This document shows positions 24,498 to 33,523 of a DNA stretch of 43,950 bases, in pieces. The position numbers were made by a program, and so were the translations under genes. The notes beneath the pieces were generated by a model, which was not told where the DNA came from, did not search any database, and was given only the letters and a program-made list of their open reading frames with translations. Origin of the DNA: Nanobdellota archaeon (GTDB taxonomy: Archaea; Nanobdellota; Nanobdellia; Pacearchaeales; GW2011-AR1); contig JAHJSW010000033.1 of the NCBI GenBank assembly GCA_018830245.1, forward strand, positions 1-43,950. The letters run 5' to 3'. Position 1 is the first letter of the stretch; the number at the start of each line of letters is the position of its first letter.

Positions 24498-25853
24498 ATG
24501 GTGAAAATTGGTCTTGAAATTCACGGATATATTCAAACTAATGAAAAACTTTTTTGCAGATGCAAGGCAGAAAGCGGATTAAAATATTCTAAGCCAAATA
24601 CAAATATCTGTCCTATTTGTACTGGACAACCAGGAGCAAAACCCATGCTTCCAAATAAAAGTGCAATAAACAAAGCAATTCAAATTTCTCTTATCTTAGG
24701 ATGCAAAATAAATGAAAAATTAATCTGGCAGAGGAAACATTATGACTGGCCAGATCTTCCAAAAGGATATCAAAACACTCTTTCAGGACCATACGCAATC
24801 CCGCTTGGAGAGGGAGGAAAATTCAAAGGCATACGAATTACAGAAGCTCATTTAGAAGAAGACCCTGCTGCATGGAATCCTCAAACAGGGGAAATCGATT
24901 ATAATCGCTCTGGTTGCCCGCTAATAGAGATCGTAACAGAACCAGATTTCAAAAATTCTGAGCAAGTAGTTGACTGGTTAAAACAATTAATTGCTACACT
25001 CAGTTACACTAAAGCAATAAATAAAAAATCAGGAATAAAGGCAGACGTAAATGTTTCTATTTCCGGTGGGAAAAGAATAGAAATAAAAAACATAAACAGT
25101 CTAAAAAATATCAAAACAGCCATTGAATATGAAATCGCAAGACAAGAAAAAAATCTCCCTAAAATACAAGAAACAAGGATGTTTGATGAAAAAAAAGCGA
25201 TTACAATAAAAATGCGAACAAAAGAACAAGTACAAGACTATCGATTCATTTCAGAACCAGATTTACCAACAATAAATATTAAAGAACAAAGAATTAAAAA
25301 AATCAGACAAGCTCTTCCAGAAACTCCTTCCAAAAAACTGAAAAAACTCATAAAAAAACATAGAATAAAACAAAAATCAGCAGAAACCTTAATAAAAAAA
25401 TTAGAGATCGTAGAATTTTTTGAAGAAGTGATAAAAGAAGCTAATCCTAAACTAACTGTACAGTGGATAACAATTGAACTGCTAAGAGTTTTGAATTATG
25501 CTAAAAAAGAACTAGAAGAAGTTGAAATAAAAACAGAACATTTTATTGAATTATTAAAACTAATAGAATCAAAAACAATTACAGAACTAAAAGCAAAAGA
25601 AATTTTAAATCAATTCATTCCAAAATCATTTTCTCCAAAAAAGAAAATTCAAGAACATTCTAAAATTTCTGATAAAACCCAATTAAAAGAACTAATCATT
25701 AAAGTAATAAAAAATAATCCAAAAGCTGTTCAGGATTATAAAGAAGGAAAACAAGAATCTCTTAATTTTCTTATCGGACAAGTTATGAAATTATCCGAAA
25801 AAAGAGCAGATTATAGGATTGTGAAAGAACTTCTAGAAAAAAAATTAAAATAA
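24498..25853 (+). CDS. gatB: Asp/Glu-tRNA amidotransferase subunit B (GatB)
   Basis: GLEIHGYI, CPICTGQPGAKP, HLEEDPAAW, DYNRSGCPLIEIVTEPDF, ADVNVS, C-terminal YqeY-like LIGQVMK. Confidence 0.9.
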   Translation: MVKIGLEIHGYIQTNEKLFCRCKAESGLKYSKPNTNICPICTGQPGAKPMLPNKSAINKAIQISLILGCKINEKLIWQRKHYDWPDLPKGYQNTLSGPYAIPLGEGGKFKGIRITEAHLEEDPAAWNPQTGEIDYNRSGCPLIEIVTEPDFKNSEQVVDWLKQLIATLSYTKAINKKSGIKADVNVSISGGKRIEIKNINSLKNIKTAIEYEIARQEKNLPKIQETRMFDEKKAITIKMRTKEQVQDYRFISEPDLPTINIKEQRIKKIRQALPETPSKKLKKLIKKHRIKQKSAETLIKKLEIVEFFEEVIKEANPKLTVQWITIELLRVLNYAKKELEEVEIKTEHFIELLKLIESKTITELKAKEILNQFIPKSFSPKKKIQEHSKISDKTQLKELIIKVIKNNPKAVQDYKEGKQESLNFLIGQVMKLSEKRADYRIVKELLEKKLK

Positions 25854-25855
25854 AA

Positions 25856-25927
25856 TGGGCCTAGGAGGAATCGAACCCCCACCAACCGGGCCGAAACCGG
25901 GTATTCTATCCGTTGAACTATAGGCCC
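25856..25927 (-). tRNA. tRNA-Arg (anticodon TCG)
   Basis: Hand-folded from the minus strand: acceptor GGGCCTA/TAGGCCC, D stem GTTC/GAAT, anticodon arm CCCGG-TTTCGGC-CCGGT (27-43 is a C-U mismatch), T arm GGGGG-TTCGATT-CCTCC. Its 3' end lies 3 nt from the gatB stop. Confidence 0.8.
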
Positions 25928-25950
25928 ACTAAAATATTAAATAAGTTAGG

Positions 25951-25960
25951 TTTTTATATC
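25951..25960. promoter_or_regulatory. single central TATA (TTTTTATATC) in the 52-bp spacer between tRNA-Arg and the protease gene
   Basis: Centre lies about 28 nt from the tRNA 5' end (25927) and about 25 nt from the ATG at 25980. Confidence 0.4.
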
Positions 25961-25979
25961 TTAATCTTTTATAGAAAAT

Positions 25980-26840
25980 ATGACTTTAAAAAAACATCAT
26001 AAAATAATGATTGGAAGCTTCAGTTCCCTTATTATTATATTCATGCTTATTTCAGGAACATTAATTTTCATTTTATTTACAAAACAAGAACTAAATTACA
26101 ACGAATTAGATTCAAAAATAACAGATATTCAGAGTAAACTAAATGATCTTACCATAAATCTTCTTCAAACAAGAGAAGATTTAAATTCAAGCCTAAGTTC
26201 TCTAAACCTTCAGGTAGGTTCAATAGATGAAGAGATGACTTTATTAAAAGCTTCTGCAGGAGAAGATTTTTCTGGAATAATTGAAGATACAATAAAATCT
26301 GTTGTAACAATAAGAACAAATGTAAACCAGGGAACTGGATTCCTTGTCTCTGAAGAAGGATATATAGTAACAAACGCACATGTGTTAGTTGGAGCGCAAA
26401 AAGTAGAGGCATTAACTTATGAACAAGAAGTAAAAAATGCGGATTTTATAGGATATAATGGAAATTTTGACATTGCCCTGTTAAAAATTTCTGGAGATTA
26501 TGAAAAATTGACCTTAGGAGATTCAAATAAAGTGCAAATAGGAGAAAAAGTTATTGCAATTGGAAATCCATTAGGATTGCAATTTTCAGTATCAGCAGGA
26601 ATTATCTCAGCAATTCATAGACCTGGAATAAATGAAATAGAAGCATATATTCAAACAGATGCAGCATTAAATCCTGGAAATTCAGGAGGCCCTTTGATAA
26701 ACAAAGAGGGGAAAGTAATTGGAATTAATAATTTTAAAATTGGTGGAGGAGAAAGCCTAGGATTTGCTCTAGAATCAAATTATATAAAAAGTGTAATAAA
26801 TGATATTTCTCTATCCGAATTGAACCAAACACTTGTCTAA
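25980..26840 (+). CDS. membrane-anchored trypsin-like serine protease (HtrA/DegP-type S1C) without PDZ domain
   Basis: N-terminal TM and coiled coil. Catalytic triad contexts TNAHV, FDIALLK and GNSGGPL. Confidence 0.85.
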   Translation: MTLKKHHKIMIGSFSSLIIIFMLISGTLIFILFTKQELNYNELDSKITDIQSKLNDLTINLLQTREDLNSSLSSLNLQVGSIDEEMTLLKASAGEDFSGIIEDTIKSVVTIRTNVNQGTGFLVSEEGYIVTNAHVLVGAQKVEALTYEQEVKNADFIGYNGNFDIALLKISGDYEKLTLGDSNKVQIGEKVIAIGNPLGLQFSVSAGIISAIHRPGINEIEAYIQTDAALNPGNSGGPLINKEGKVIGINNFKIGGGESLGFALESNYIKSVINDISLSELNQTLV

Positions 26841-26899
26841 TAAAATTTTAAATATCGCTTCTAAAAAAATATTATAAACCCTTTTTCCTTTATTTTTTT

Positions 26900-28351
26900 A
26901 TGATAAAAAAATCCCAAGAAGGCTTAACTGTAAAAAAAGATGAAGATTTTAGTGAGTGGTATAGTCAAATTATTGAGAAAGCAAAAATAACTGATTTAAG
27001 ATATAATGTTAAAGGATTTATAGTGATAAGGCCTTGGGGAGCAAGAATAATGGAAGAAATGTATGATTTGTATGAAAAAGCTCTTCAAAAAAAGGACCAC
27101 CAACCAACTTTTTTTCCAGCAGTTATACCTGAAAAAAATTTCAAAAAAGAAGCAAGTCACTTAAAAGGTTTTACTCCAGAAGTTTTTTGGTTGAGCAAAA
27201 TAAAAGGAGAAGATAGATTGGCATTAAGACCAACGAGTGAAACCGCAATGTATCAGATGTATGCTTTCTGGATTAGAAGTCATAGAGATCTTCCTCTTAA
27301 GATATATCAAAGAGCCCAAGTGTTTAGATATGAAACAAAAGCTACAAGGCCCTTAATAAGAGGTAGAGAATTTTACTGGATAGAAGCTCATGACTGTTTT
27401 GCAACAAAAGAAGAAGCAGAACAGCAAGTTCAAGAAGACATTCAAACAACAGAAGAAGTAATGCATCAAAAATTCGGAGTTCCTTTTCTTCCAATGAAAC
27501 GTCCACAGTGGGATAAATTTGCAGGAGCCGAGTACACAGTTGGGTCAGATGTTTTAATGCCTGATGGAAAATTAATTCAACAACCTTCAACACATCTTTT
27601 AGGACAAAATTTTTCAAAAGCATTTGATGTTAAATTCAAAGACGAGAATGGAAAAGAACAATTTGTATGGCAAACTTGTTACGGCCCTGCAATTTCAAGG
27701 ATGTTAGCTTCAGTAATTTCAACTCATGGAGATGATTATGGTTTAATTCTTCCATTCAGCATTTCTCCTGTACAGTTAATAATTATTCCTATCTTTAACA
27801 AAGAAAACAAAGAAAAAATTCTTTCTGAATCAGAGAAAATAAAAGAAAGGTTAAATTTTACTGGAATAAAATCAGAAATAGACGCAAGTGAAAAAAGACC
27901 AGGAGAAAAATATTATGAATGGGAACTAAAAGGCGTGCCATTTAGATTAGAAATTGGTGAAAAAGAACTCAATGAAAAACAATTAACTCTTTTTATAAGA
28001 GACATTAGAAAAAAGCAGAAAATATCTCTAAAAGCTTTGGAAAACCTAAAAGAATATGGGAGAGATTTTGATAAACGCCTAATAAAAAAAGCAGATCAAC
28101 TAATAAAAGAAAGAATAATAGATTGTAAAACAAAAAAAGAATTGAAAAAAATAATTGATGATAAAAAAATAGCAAGAGCTAATTTCTGTTCAGTAGATGA
28201 AAAAGGAGAAATTTGTGCAGAATATATTGAAAAAGAAATCAACGCAGAAGTCCGTGGAACAAGAGCAGACAAAAAAGAGCGGCCAAAAGGAAATTGTATA
28301 ATTTGTGGAAAATCTGCAAAAGAAGTTGTTTATATTGGAAAAAGTTACTAA
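26900..28351 (+). CDS. proS: prolyl-tRNA synthetase, archaeal/eukaryotic type
   Basis: FSEWYSQIIEKAKI...VKGFIVIRPWG, RPTSET, FRYE, and a C-terminal Zn-binding domain ending ...CIICGKSAKEVVYIGKSY. Confidence 0.93.
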   Translation: MIKKSQEGLTVKKDEDFSEWYSQIIEKAKITDLRYNVKGFIVIRPWGARIMEEMYDLYEKALQKKDHQPTFFPAVIPEKNFKKEASHLKGFTPEVFWLSKIKGEDRLALRPTSETAMYQMYAFWIRSHRDLPLKIYQRAQVFRYETKATRPLIRGREFYWIEAHDCFATKEEAEQQVQEDIQTTEEVMHQKFGVPFLPMKRPQWDKFAGAEYTVGSDVLMPDGKLIQQPSTHLLGQNFSKAFDVKFKDENGKEQFVWQTCYGPAISRMLASVISTHGDDYGLILPFSISPVQLIIIPIFNKENKEKILSESEKIKERLNFTGIKSEIDASEKRPGEKYYEWELKGVPFRLEIGEKELNEKQLTLFIRDIRKKQKISLKALENLKEYGRDFDKRLIKKADQLIKERIIDCKTKKELKKIIDDKKIARANFCSVDEKGEICAEYIEKEINAEVRGTRADKKERPKGNCIICGKSAKEVVYIGKSY

Positions 28352-28357
28352 AACAAA

Positions 28358-28810
28358 CTATTTTCTTTTAAAATAAAGATAAGTTAAAACAAGGCCGAGA
28401 ACAAACAAAACCACTCCAAATAAGTTCGTACTTGTTTGAGTTAGATTAGACACAGCACTTCCAGTTATATTTGTTGAAAGTAAATAAAACGCCATTGCAA
28501 AACTTACAATAATTGATGCTGCAGCTATTCTGCTTCTTGTTTCTAAACTGCCTTCTTTTTCTTCTGGCGCTTTTTCTCCAATTTTTTCATATAATTCCAC
28601 TCCCATTTTAATAGTTTTTTCATCATTCATCCCTCTCCCAATATCTAATAAGCCCCTTGCGATTTCTCGGATATATTGTTTATCCCCTCTCCTAGAAGTT
28701 GGACCATATCCTCCTTTTTTAATGGTGTTATAAGCACTTGCTAATTCTGCTGAATAAAAGACTCCTTCATCTATTACCGGAGTTTTCTTGAATCTTTTTT
28801 TCTCACCCAT
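28358..28810 (-). CDS. hypothetical membrane protein
   Basis: 150 aa with a soluble N-terminus and two C-terminal TM segments. A TATA-like AAATTTTAAAAATA lies about 28 nt upstream. Confidence 0.5.
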   Translation of the reverse strand: MGEKKRFKKTPVIDEGVFYSAELASAYNTIKKGGYGPTSRRGDKQYIREIARGLLDIGRGMNDEKTIKMGVELYEKIGEKAPEEKEGSLETRSRIAAASIIVSFAMAFYLLSTNITGSAVSNLTQTSTNLFGVVLFVLGLVLTYLYFKRK

Positions 28811-28894
28811 GTTTTTCTATAAGAACTACGTATTTTTAAAATTTACCATAGAGCATACTTGCTAATAACAAAAATTCCTTTTTTGATATCTTCG

Positions 28895-29014
28895 CTAATT
28901 TTCAACAACAGAATTTAACTCACTTTCCAACTTACAAGTCATCTCAAGGAGTAAATTCAGTTCTTCAGCTATGTGAACACGTTCTCTTTCCATTTGAGTT
29001 TTTGTTTGCTCCAT
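28895..29014 (-). CDS. possible 39-aa coiled-coil micro-ORF
   Basis: GGGTGAAAA precedes the ATG at 29014. The product is MEQTKTQMERERVHIAEELNLLLEMTCKLESELNSVVEN. Weak support. Confidence 0.2.
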   Translation of the reverse strand: MEQTKTQMERERVHIAEELNLLLEMTCKLESELNSVVEN

Positions 29015-29234
29015 TTTTCACCCACTCAAAATAACCAGAATTCTTTCCAAGCCTGAATAATTAAGTAAGAAGTTCAATTCAATTCAGGCCCAAAAAAAGA
29101 GATCTGAATTAAATTGAGATAAATTTAATTGTAGTATAGACTAAGCCAGAACAATTCTTTCCAACCCATGGCATAAGTCTATTCTCCATATTGATATCTA
29201 ATAGAAAAAAGGGTTTATAATATTTTCTATATAA

Positions 29235-30299
29235 TTAAGATTCTCCTAAAACATTTTCCAATCTTTTCTTAAAAATATCTAGATCTTCTATCTTAACTTG
29301 AGCGCCAACAGCATCTCCATGGCCTCCCCCAGTAGCACCTGAAAGTTCTTCTAAAATTTTTAAGAGAGGATTTCTTATATCCTTCCCTCTAATAGAAATA
29401 TTCGCTTTAGTTCCTTTTACATAAATAACTACAATTATTTTTTCAGGAAACAAATAACTAAGTTCATTAGAAAGATCACTACTAATGCTTAAATCCCCGC
29501 TATACTTAAAAAACATTAAGTTTGTTGAGTTTTCTCCTATTTTAATCGCTTTAATAAGCAATTGGCGATATTTTTTATTTATTTCTTTAAAACGATTGTG
29601 CATAGTATAATTTTTATTATTTTCATCTAAAACATCATAAGGAGTTTTAGCATTAATTAAAAATTTTAACATAGAAATCACATTTGTGGTTCTATCTTTT
29701 AATGCAAATCCAAATATCATCGCAATTTTTCCAATAGGGGATTTATAAAAAACATCAAAAGCAGAATCTGAATCAACGCATAGTTCTGGGTTCTCTTTTT
29801 TAAATTGCGCATAAAACTCTGGAAGAAACTTATCTGAAATACATCCAATAATTGCTATCCATAGATCTTGTTTTTTTTGAGAAATTTGATAACAGTAATA
29901 AGTCACAGGAGGAGCAATTAAATAGTTTTTTTCATCAGACTCCTCCAAAAGAGGATTATAATAATTAACAAAATCTGGAATATCTTCTCTATTGATTGCG
30001 TGATGATCTATCCAAACAACAGGAATATTAATCTGATGAATTTTTTCAAAAAATTCTTTTGAAACTAAAGGCTTATCTAAAATAAAGACATAATCTGCTT
30101 TTAATTCGTCAATCTTTCTAAAATAATCTTCTGTTAATTCTGGAAAAGATCTTATAGGAACTCCCCGCCCTCTTCCAAGGTATCTCTGCAATAAAAGAAA
30201 ACTGCATAGTCCATCCTGATCATTATCAAAAAAAAACAACGGATTTTGGGCCTTATCTAAATGCTCTTTAATTTCTTCTACTTGTTTTTTATTTAACAT
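29235..30299 (-). CDS. DHH/DHHA1-family phosphoesterase (RecJ/GAN- or DhhP/Pde2-like), copy 2
   Basis: Motif I FFFDNDQDGLCS, motif III VWIDHH, DHHA1 motif GGGHGDAVGAQV. Confidence 0.8.
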   Translation of the reverse strand: MLNKKQVEEIKEHLDKAQNPLFFFDNDQDGLCSFLLLQRYLGRGRGVPIRSFPELTEDYFRKIDELKADYVFILDKPLVSKEFFEKIHQINIPVVWIDHHAINREDIPDFVNYYNPLLEESDEKNYLIAPPVTYYCYQISQKKQDLWIAIIGCISDKFLPEFYAQFKKENPELCVDSDSAFDVFYKSPIGKIAMIFGFALKDRTTNVISMLKFLINAKTPYDVLDENNKNYTMHNRFKEINKKYRQLLIKAIKIGENSTNLMFFKYSGDLSISSDLSNELSYLFPEKIIVVIYVKGTKANISIRGKDIRNPLLKILEELSGATGGGHGDAVGAQVKIEDLDIFKKRLENVLGES

Positions 30300-30341
30300 A
30301 TTTTAAAGAAAAAAATTTAATATATAAGGTTTGTTGAAAGA

Positions 30342-31445
30342 TTATATTCTCTTACCAGCCATTATCTTCTCTCTTAAATTATCCAAATCATGAATTAATG
30401 AAGACACAAGGCTTTCATTTTTAAGAATCTTTAACAAATCATCTTTATTTGCTCCAAAAATTTTATCAATTGATTCAAAATTATTCATTAATAATCTTAC
30501 ATCTTTTTCAAGCAAATTAGTTTTATTTAAAATTCTCCCTCCTTTAGAAAAAACAGCTCTATCATGAAGTTCCTCAAATAAAATTCTAGATAAATTAGAA
30601 GTTTCAAGCAAAAAATCAAAATTAAAATTATTTAAAATTGTATCCACCTTAGGTGCTTTTGATTTAAAATAATCTCCCAAAATCATCTCTCTTTCTTTAT
30701 TCAAATTTTTAATTAACTCTTTAAGTCTCATACTTACAATAATTCCTTGCTTTCCTAATTCAACTAGATATCTACGAACCATATCTGAAATTCTTCTTAT
30801 AATTTCAATTCTTTGCAAAACATCACAAACATCGCTCACAGTAACTAACTGATTTATCTCAAGAATATTCAAGTTAATAATTAGATCATTAAAAATTTCT
30901 TTTTGTTTTTCTAAAATTTGCAAAGTTTCCGTAGCTCTTCTTAAAACCTCTGAACTTTCTTCTAACTCATGTGTTACCCCCCCATGATAAATAGTAATTT
31001 TGTTTTTTCTTTCAGAAATAGCAATAACTAAAGAGTCCATTTGTTTTGCAGTTCTTTCTGCAGCCTTATGTCTTGTTCCAGTCTCTTTTGTTGGAATACG
31101 GACGTCTGGTGTAAGAAGAGTATTTGCATATAAAATTTTCTTCAAATCTTCAGATAAAATAATTGCTCCATCCATTTTAGCAAGTTCTACAAGTTTTTGA
31201 GGGCTAAACTTAGAATTCACCCTAAAACCCCCATCAACAATATTCAGGATCCCTTTTGCATCAACCACGATCAAAGCGCCCATCCTTGCTCTTAAAATAT
31301 CATCTAAAGCTGTTCTTAATGAAACTCCTGGAGAGAATAACTTTAAAATATCTATAAAATCCTTCTTCTTTTCAACCTTTTTACTCCTAGGTAATTTTTT
31401 CTTTTCAATAAGCAATTCCGGAACTTCCTCGTTTTTTATATTCAT
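30342..31445 (-). CDS. disA: DisA-type diadenylate cyclase (DNA integrity scanning protein-like)
   Basis: DAC domain with SPGVSLRTALDDILRARMGALIVV, MDGAIILS (DGA) and TGTRHKAAERTAKQ (RHR-type). A helical linker and an HhH-like C-terminus follow. 367 aa. Confidence 0.85.
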   Translation of the reverse strand: MNIKNEEVPELLIEKKKLPRSKKVEKKKDFIDILKLFSPGVSLRTALDDILRARMGALIVVDAKGILNIVDGGFRVNSKFSPQKLVELAKMDGAIILSEDLKKILYANTLLTPDVRIPTKETGTRHKAAERTAKQMDSLVIAISERKNKITIYHGGVTHELEESSEVLRRATETLQILEKQKEIFNDLIINLNILEINQLVTVSDVCDVLQRIEIIRRISDMVRRYLVELGKQGIIVSMRLKELIKNLNKEREMILGDYFKSKAPKVDTILNNFNFDFLLETSNLSRILFEELHDRAVFSKGGRILNKTNLLEKDVRLLMNNFESIDKIFGANKDDLLKILKNESLVSSLIHDLDNLREKIMAGKRI

Positions 31446-31485
31446 TCTAAGATAAAATACAAAAAATATATAAATCTTTAGTAAA

Positions 31486-32574
31486 TTAATCCATAAAATC
31501 TTCTAAAACATCTGTTTTAATCTTTTCCAGTTCACAAAAATCAGTAGAAAAATTATACGCGCCAGCATTAAGAAACACAATTTTATCTCCTACTTGAGGA
31601 TTTTTCATATAAACTTTATACCGATAAATATCCATTGAACAAGGAGTTGCACCTTTAATCGCATATGGTTTCACATCAGGATCATTTGCAGAAAATTCAT
31701 TTTCAACCAACAATTTTACTGGAACAATTAATGCATCCATATCACTATTATAAACAGAGGCATTAACAATAATATTATTATTATACATCCTAACTATTTC
31801 TACTTGAAGTTTTCCAGAAGGAGCTGCAATAAATCTTCCAGGCTCAACCATCATTTTCATTCCTTCCTTATTAAGCCATTTTCTAAACTCATTTATTTTT
31901 TCAAAGATAGTTTCTATCACTTTTTTATTTGTATTTGCATATTCCGCAGGCAATCCTCCTCCAATATTCACAATATCAATTAAAGAGAATATTTTTTCGT
32001 CAATAATATCTTCAAATTCATTTTTTAAGTTCCATTCACTCATATTTTGCGTTTTTCTATGAAAATGTATCCCAAGTTGCTTTATTTTATTTTTAATTTT
32101 CTCATTAGTTCTTAACTCAACTATTCTTTTATTTATAATTTCAGAAGGCATCCCAAAAACAAAATATCTCTCTGTTTTAATAGTATTTTCTTGAAGTCTT
32201 GCCCTTAAAAAAAGATTTACTTTAATACTCCTCTTTTCTAAAAAAGAAACTAATTCATCTAAATCAAATTCATTATCAACTACAAAAGAAGTTACATTCA
32301 TATTTATCAGTTCTTTCAAATCTTGTTGATCCCATCCTTGTGCAAAAAACAAAACTCGTGACTTATCTTTAACATGTTTTAGCTCATTAATTAAATGAAT
32401 ACTAAACAAACTGCAAGTATTTTTCTCTAAAATTTTTGTTATAAGAGGATTTGTCTTAGAACTATAAGAAACAACATCGCAAATTTCATTTACTAAAGTC
32501 CATTGTTCTAAAATTTTCTTTTTAGAAAGAACAAATTTTGGTTCTTCTTTTTTATTTGCAGAATTTAAAATCAT
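31486..32574 (-). CDS. PLP-dependent Orn/Arg/Lys/DAP-type decarboxylase (fold type III)
   Basis: PLP-Lys context YSSKTNP, HFHRKTQ, GGGLP, EPGRFI, active-site PCSMDIY, AGAY. Confidence 0.8.
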   Translation of the reverse strand: MILNSANKKEEPKFVLSKKKILEQWTLVNEICDVVSYSSKTNPLITKILEKNTCSLFSIHLINELKHVKDKSRVLFFAQGWDQQDLKELINMNVTSFVVDNEFDLDELVSFLEKRSIKVNLFLRARLQENTIKTERYFVFGMPSEIINKRIVELRTNEKIKNKIKQLGIHFHRKTQNMSEWNLKNEFEDIIDEKIFSLIDIVNIGGGLPAEYANTNKKVIETIFEKINEFRKWLNKEGMKMMVEPGRFIAAPSGKLQVEIVRMYNNNIIVNASVYNSDMDALIVPVKLLVENEFSANDPDVKPYAIKGATPCSMDIYRYKVYMKNPQVGDKIVFLNAGAYNFSTDFCELEKIKTDVLEDFMD

Positions 32575-32575
32575 T

Positions 32576-33523
32576 TTAATCTTCCTTAATCAGTAAATGT
32601 TCCTCATTTAACTGCTCTAAAGCTTTAACCATGATTAAAGGAAAAATAATTGTCGTATCTCCAATAACAGTTGCAACATCACTATTATCTTTAATTTTCC
32701 CCCAAGATTTAGCTTCGTCAGTAGTTGCTCCAGACATACTCCCAGAAGTTTTGTGTGCAGTTGTAACATATAAAGCATAATCTGCGCCTCCATTAAGAAG
32801 AGTGCATAAAATTGCGTGATGTTTTGAAATGCTTCCTCCTAGAGCAATAACTCCTTTTTTCTCATCAAAAGAGGTAGACAAAAGAATATTCCCAAAATCT
32901 TTTACAGGATCAACAACAAATTCCTTATGCTTTTCTTGGAATAAATAAAGATGAAATCCTAAAGAACCATCAGTTATTGCTGGGCAGAATATTGGAACAT
33001 TCTTTTTTGCTGCCTGATAAAGTATAGAATTCTCATCTTGAAGAAATAATCCAATTTCTTTTAATAAATCAGAAATAGCCCATCTCTTTCTTTTTTTATA
33101 AATTTTTTCTAAAACTGGCTTAATCCAATCTTCAAAATTCATATAACTTTCATTACAAATTAATAAATTTCCAACTCTATTAATCCCTTTTTCATGAAGT
33201 TCAACATCATCATCATCAAATTTCCCTATTAAAAATTTCTCTCCGATAGATTTCATAATATCTTCTTCAATAGCTCCCACAGTAGTCACAATAATATTAG
33301 CCATCCCGAGTCGAATTAATTGTGCAAAAAACCCTCTTAGCCCCGAAGTTACCATGTTAGAAGTAAACGTCAAAAAAATCTTTGCACTATCTTTTTTCAT
33401 CTTTACAATTAAATTTGAAGCATTATTTACCTCTACACTCTGGTAACCAATATGTCCCATTCCTTCTACCAAGTCCTTCACAGACATATTCTCTTTCCAT
33501 AAAAAATCTTTTACATTACTCAT
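32576..33523 (-). CDS. dys: deoxyhypusine synthase
   Basis: SNMVTSGLRGFFAQLIRLGMANIIVTTVGAIEEDIMK, GGSISKHHAI, TDEAKSWGKI. Trimmed from the TTG at 33577 to the ATG at 33523 (MSNVKDF...). Confidence 0.9.
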   Translation of the reverse strand: MSNVKDFLWKENMSVKDLVEGMGHIGYQSVEVNNASNLIVKMKKDSAKIFLTFTSNMVTSGLRGFFAQLIRLGMANIIVTTVGAIEEDIMKSIGEKFLIGKFDDDDVELHEKGINRVGNLLICNESYMNFEDWIKPVLEKIYKKRKRWAISDLLKEIGLFLQDENSILYQAAKKNVPIFCPAITDGSLGFHLYLFQEKHKEFVVDPVKDFGNILLSTSFDEKKGVIALGGSISKHHAILCTLLNGGADYALYVTTAHKTSGSMSGATTDEAKSWGKIKDNSDVATVIGDTTIIFPLIMVKALEQLNEEHLLIKED

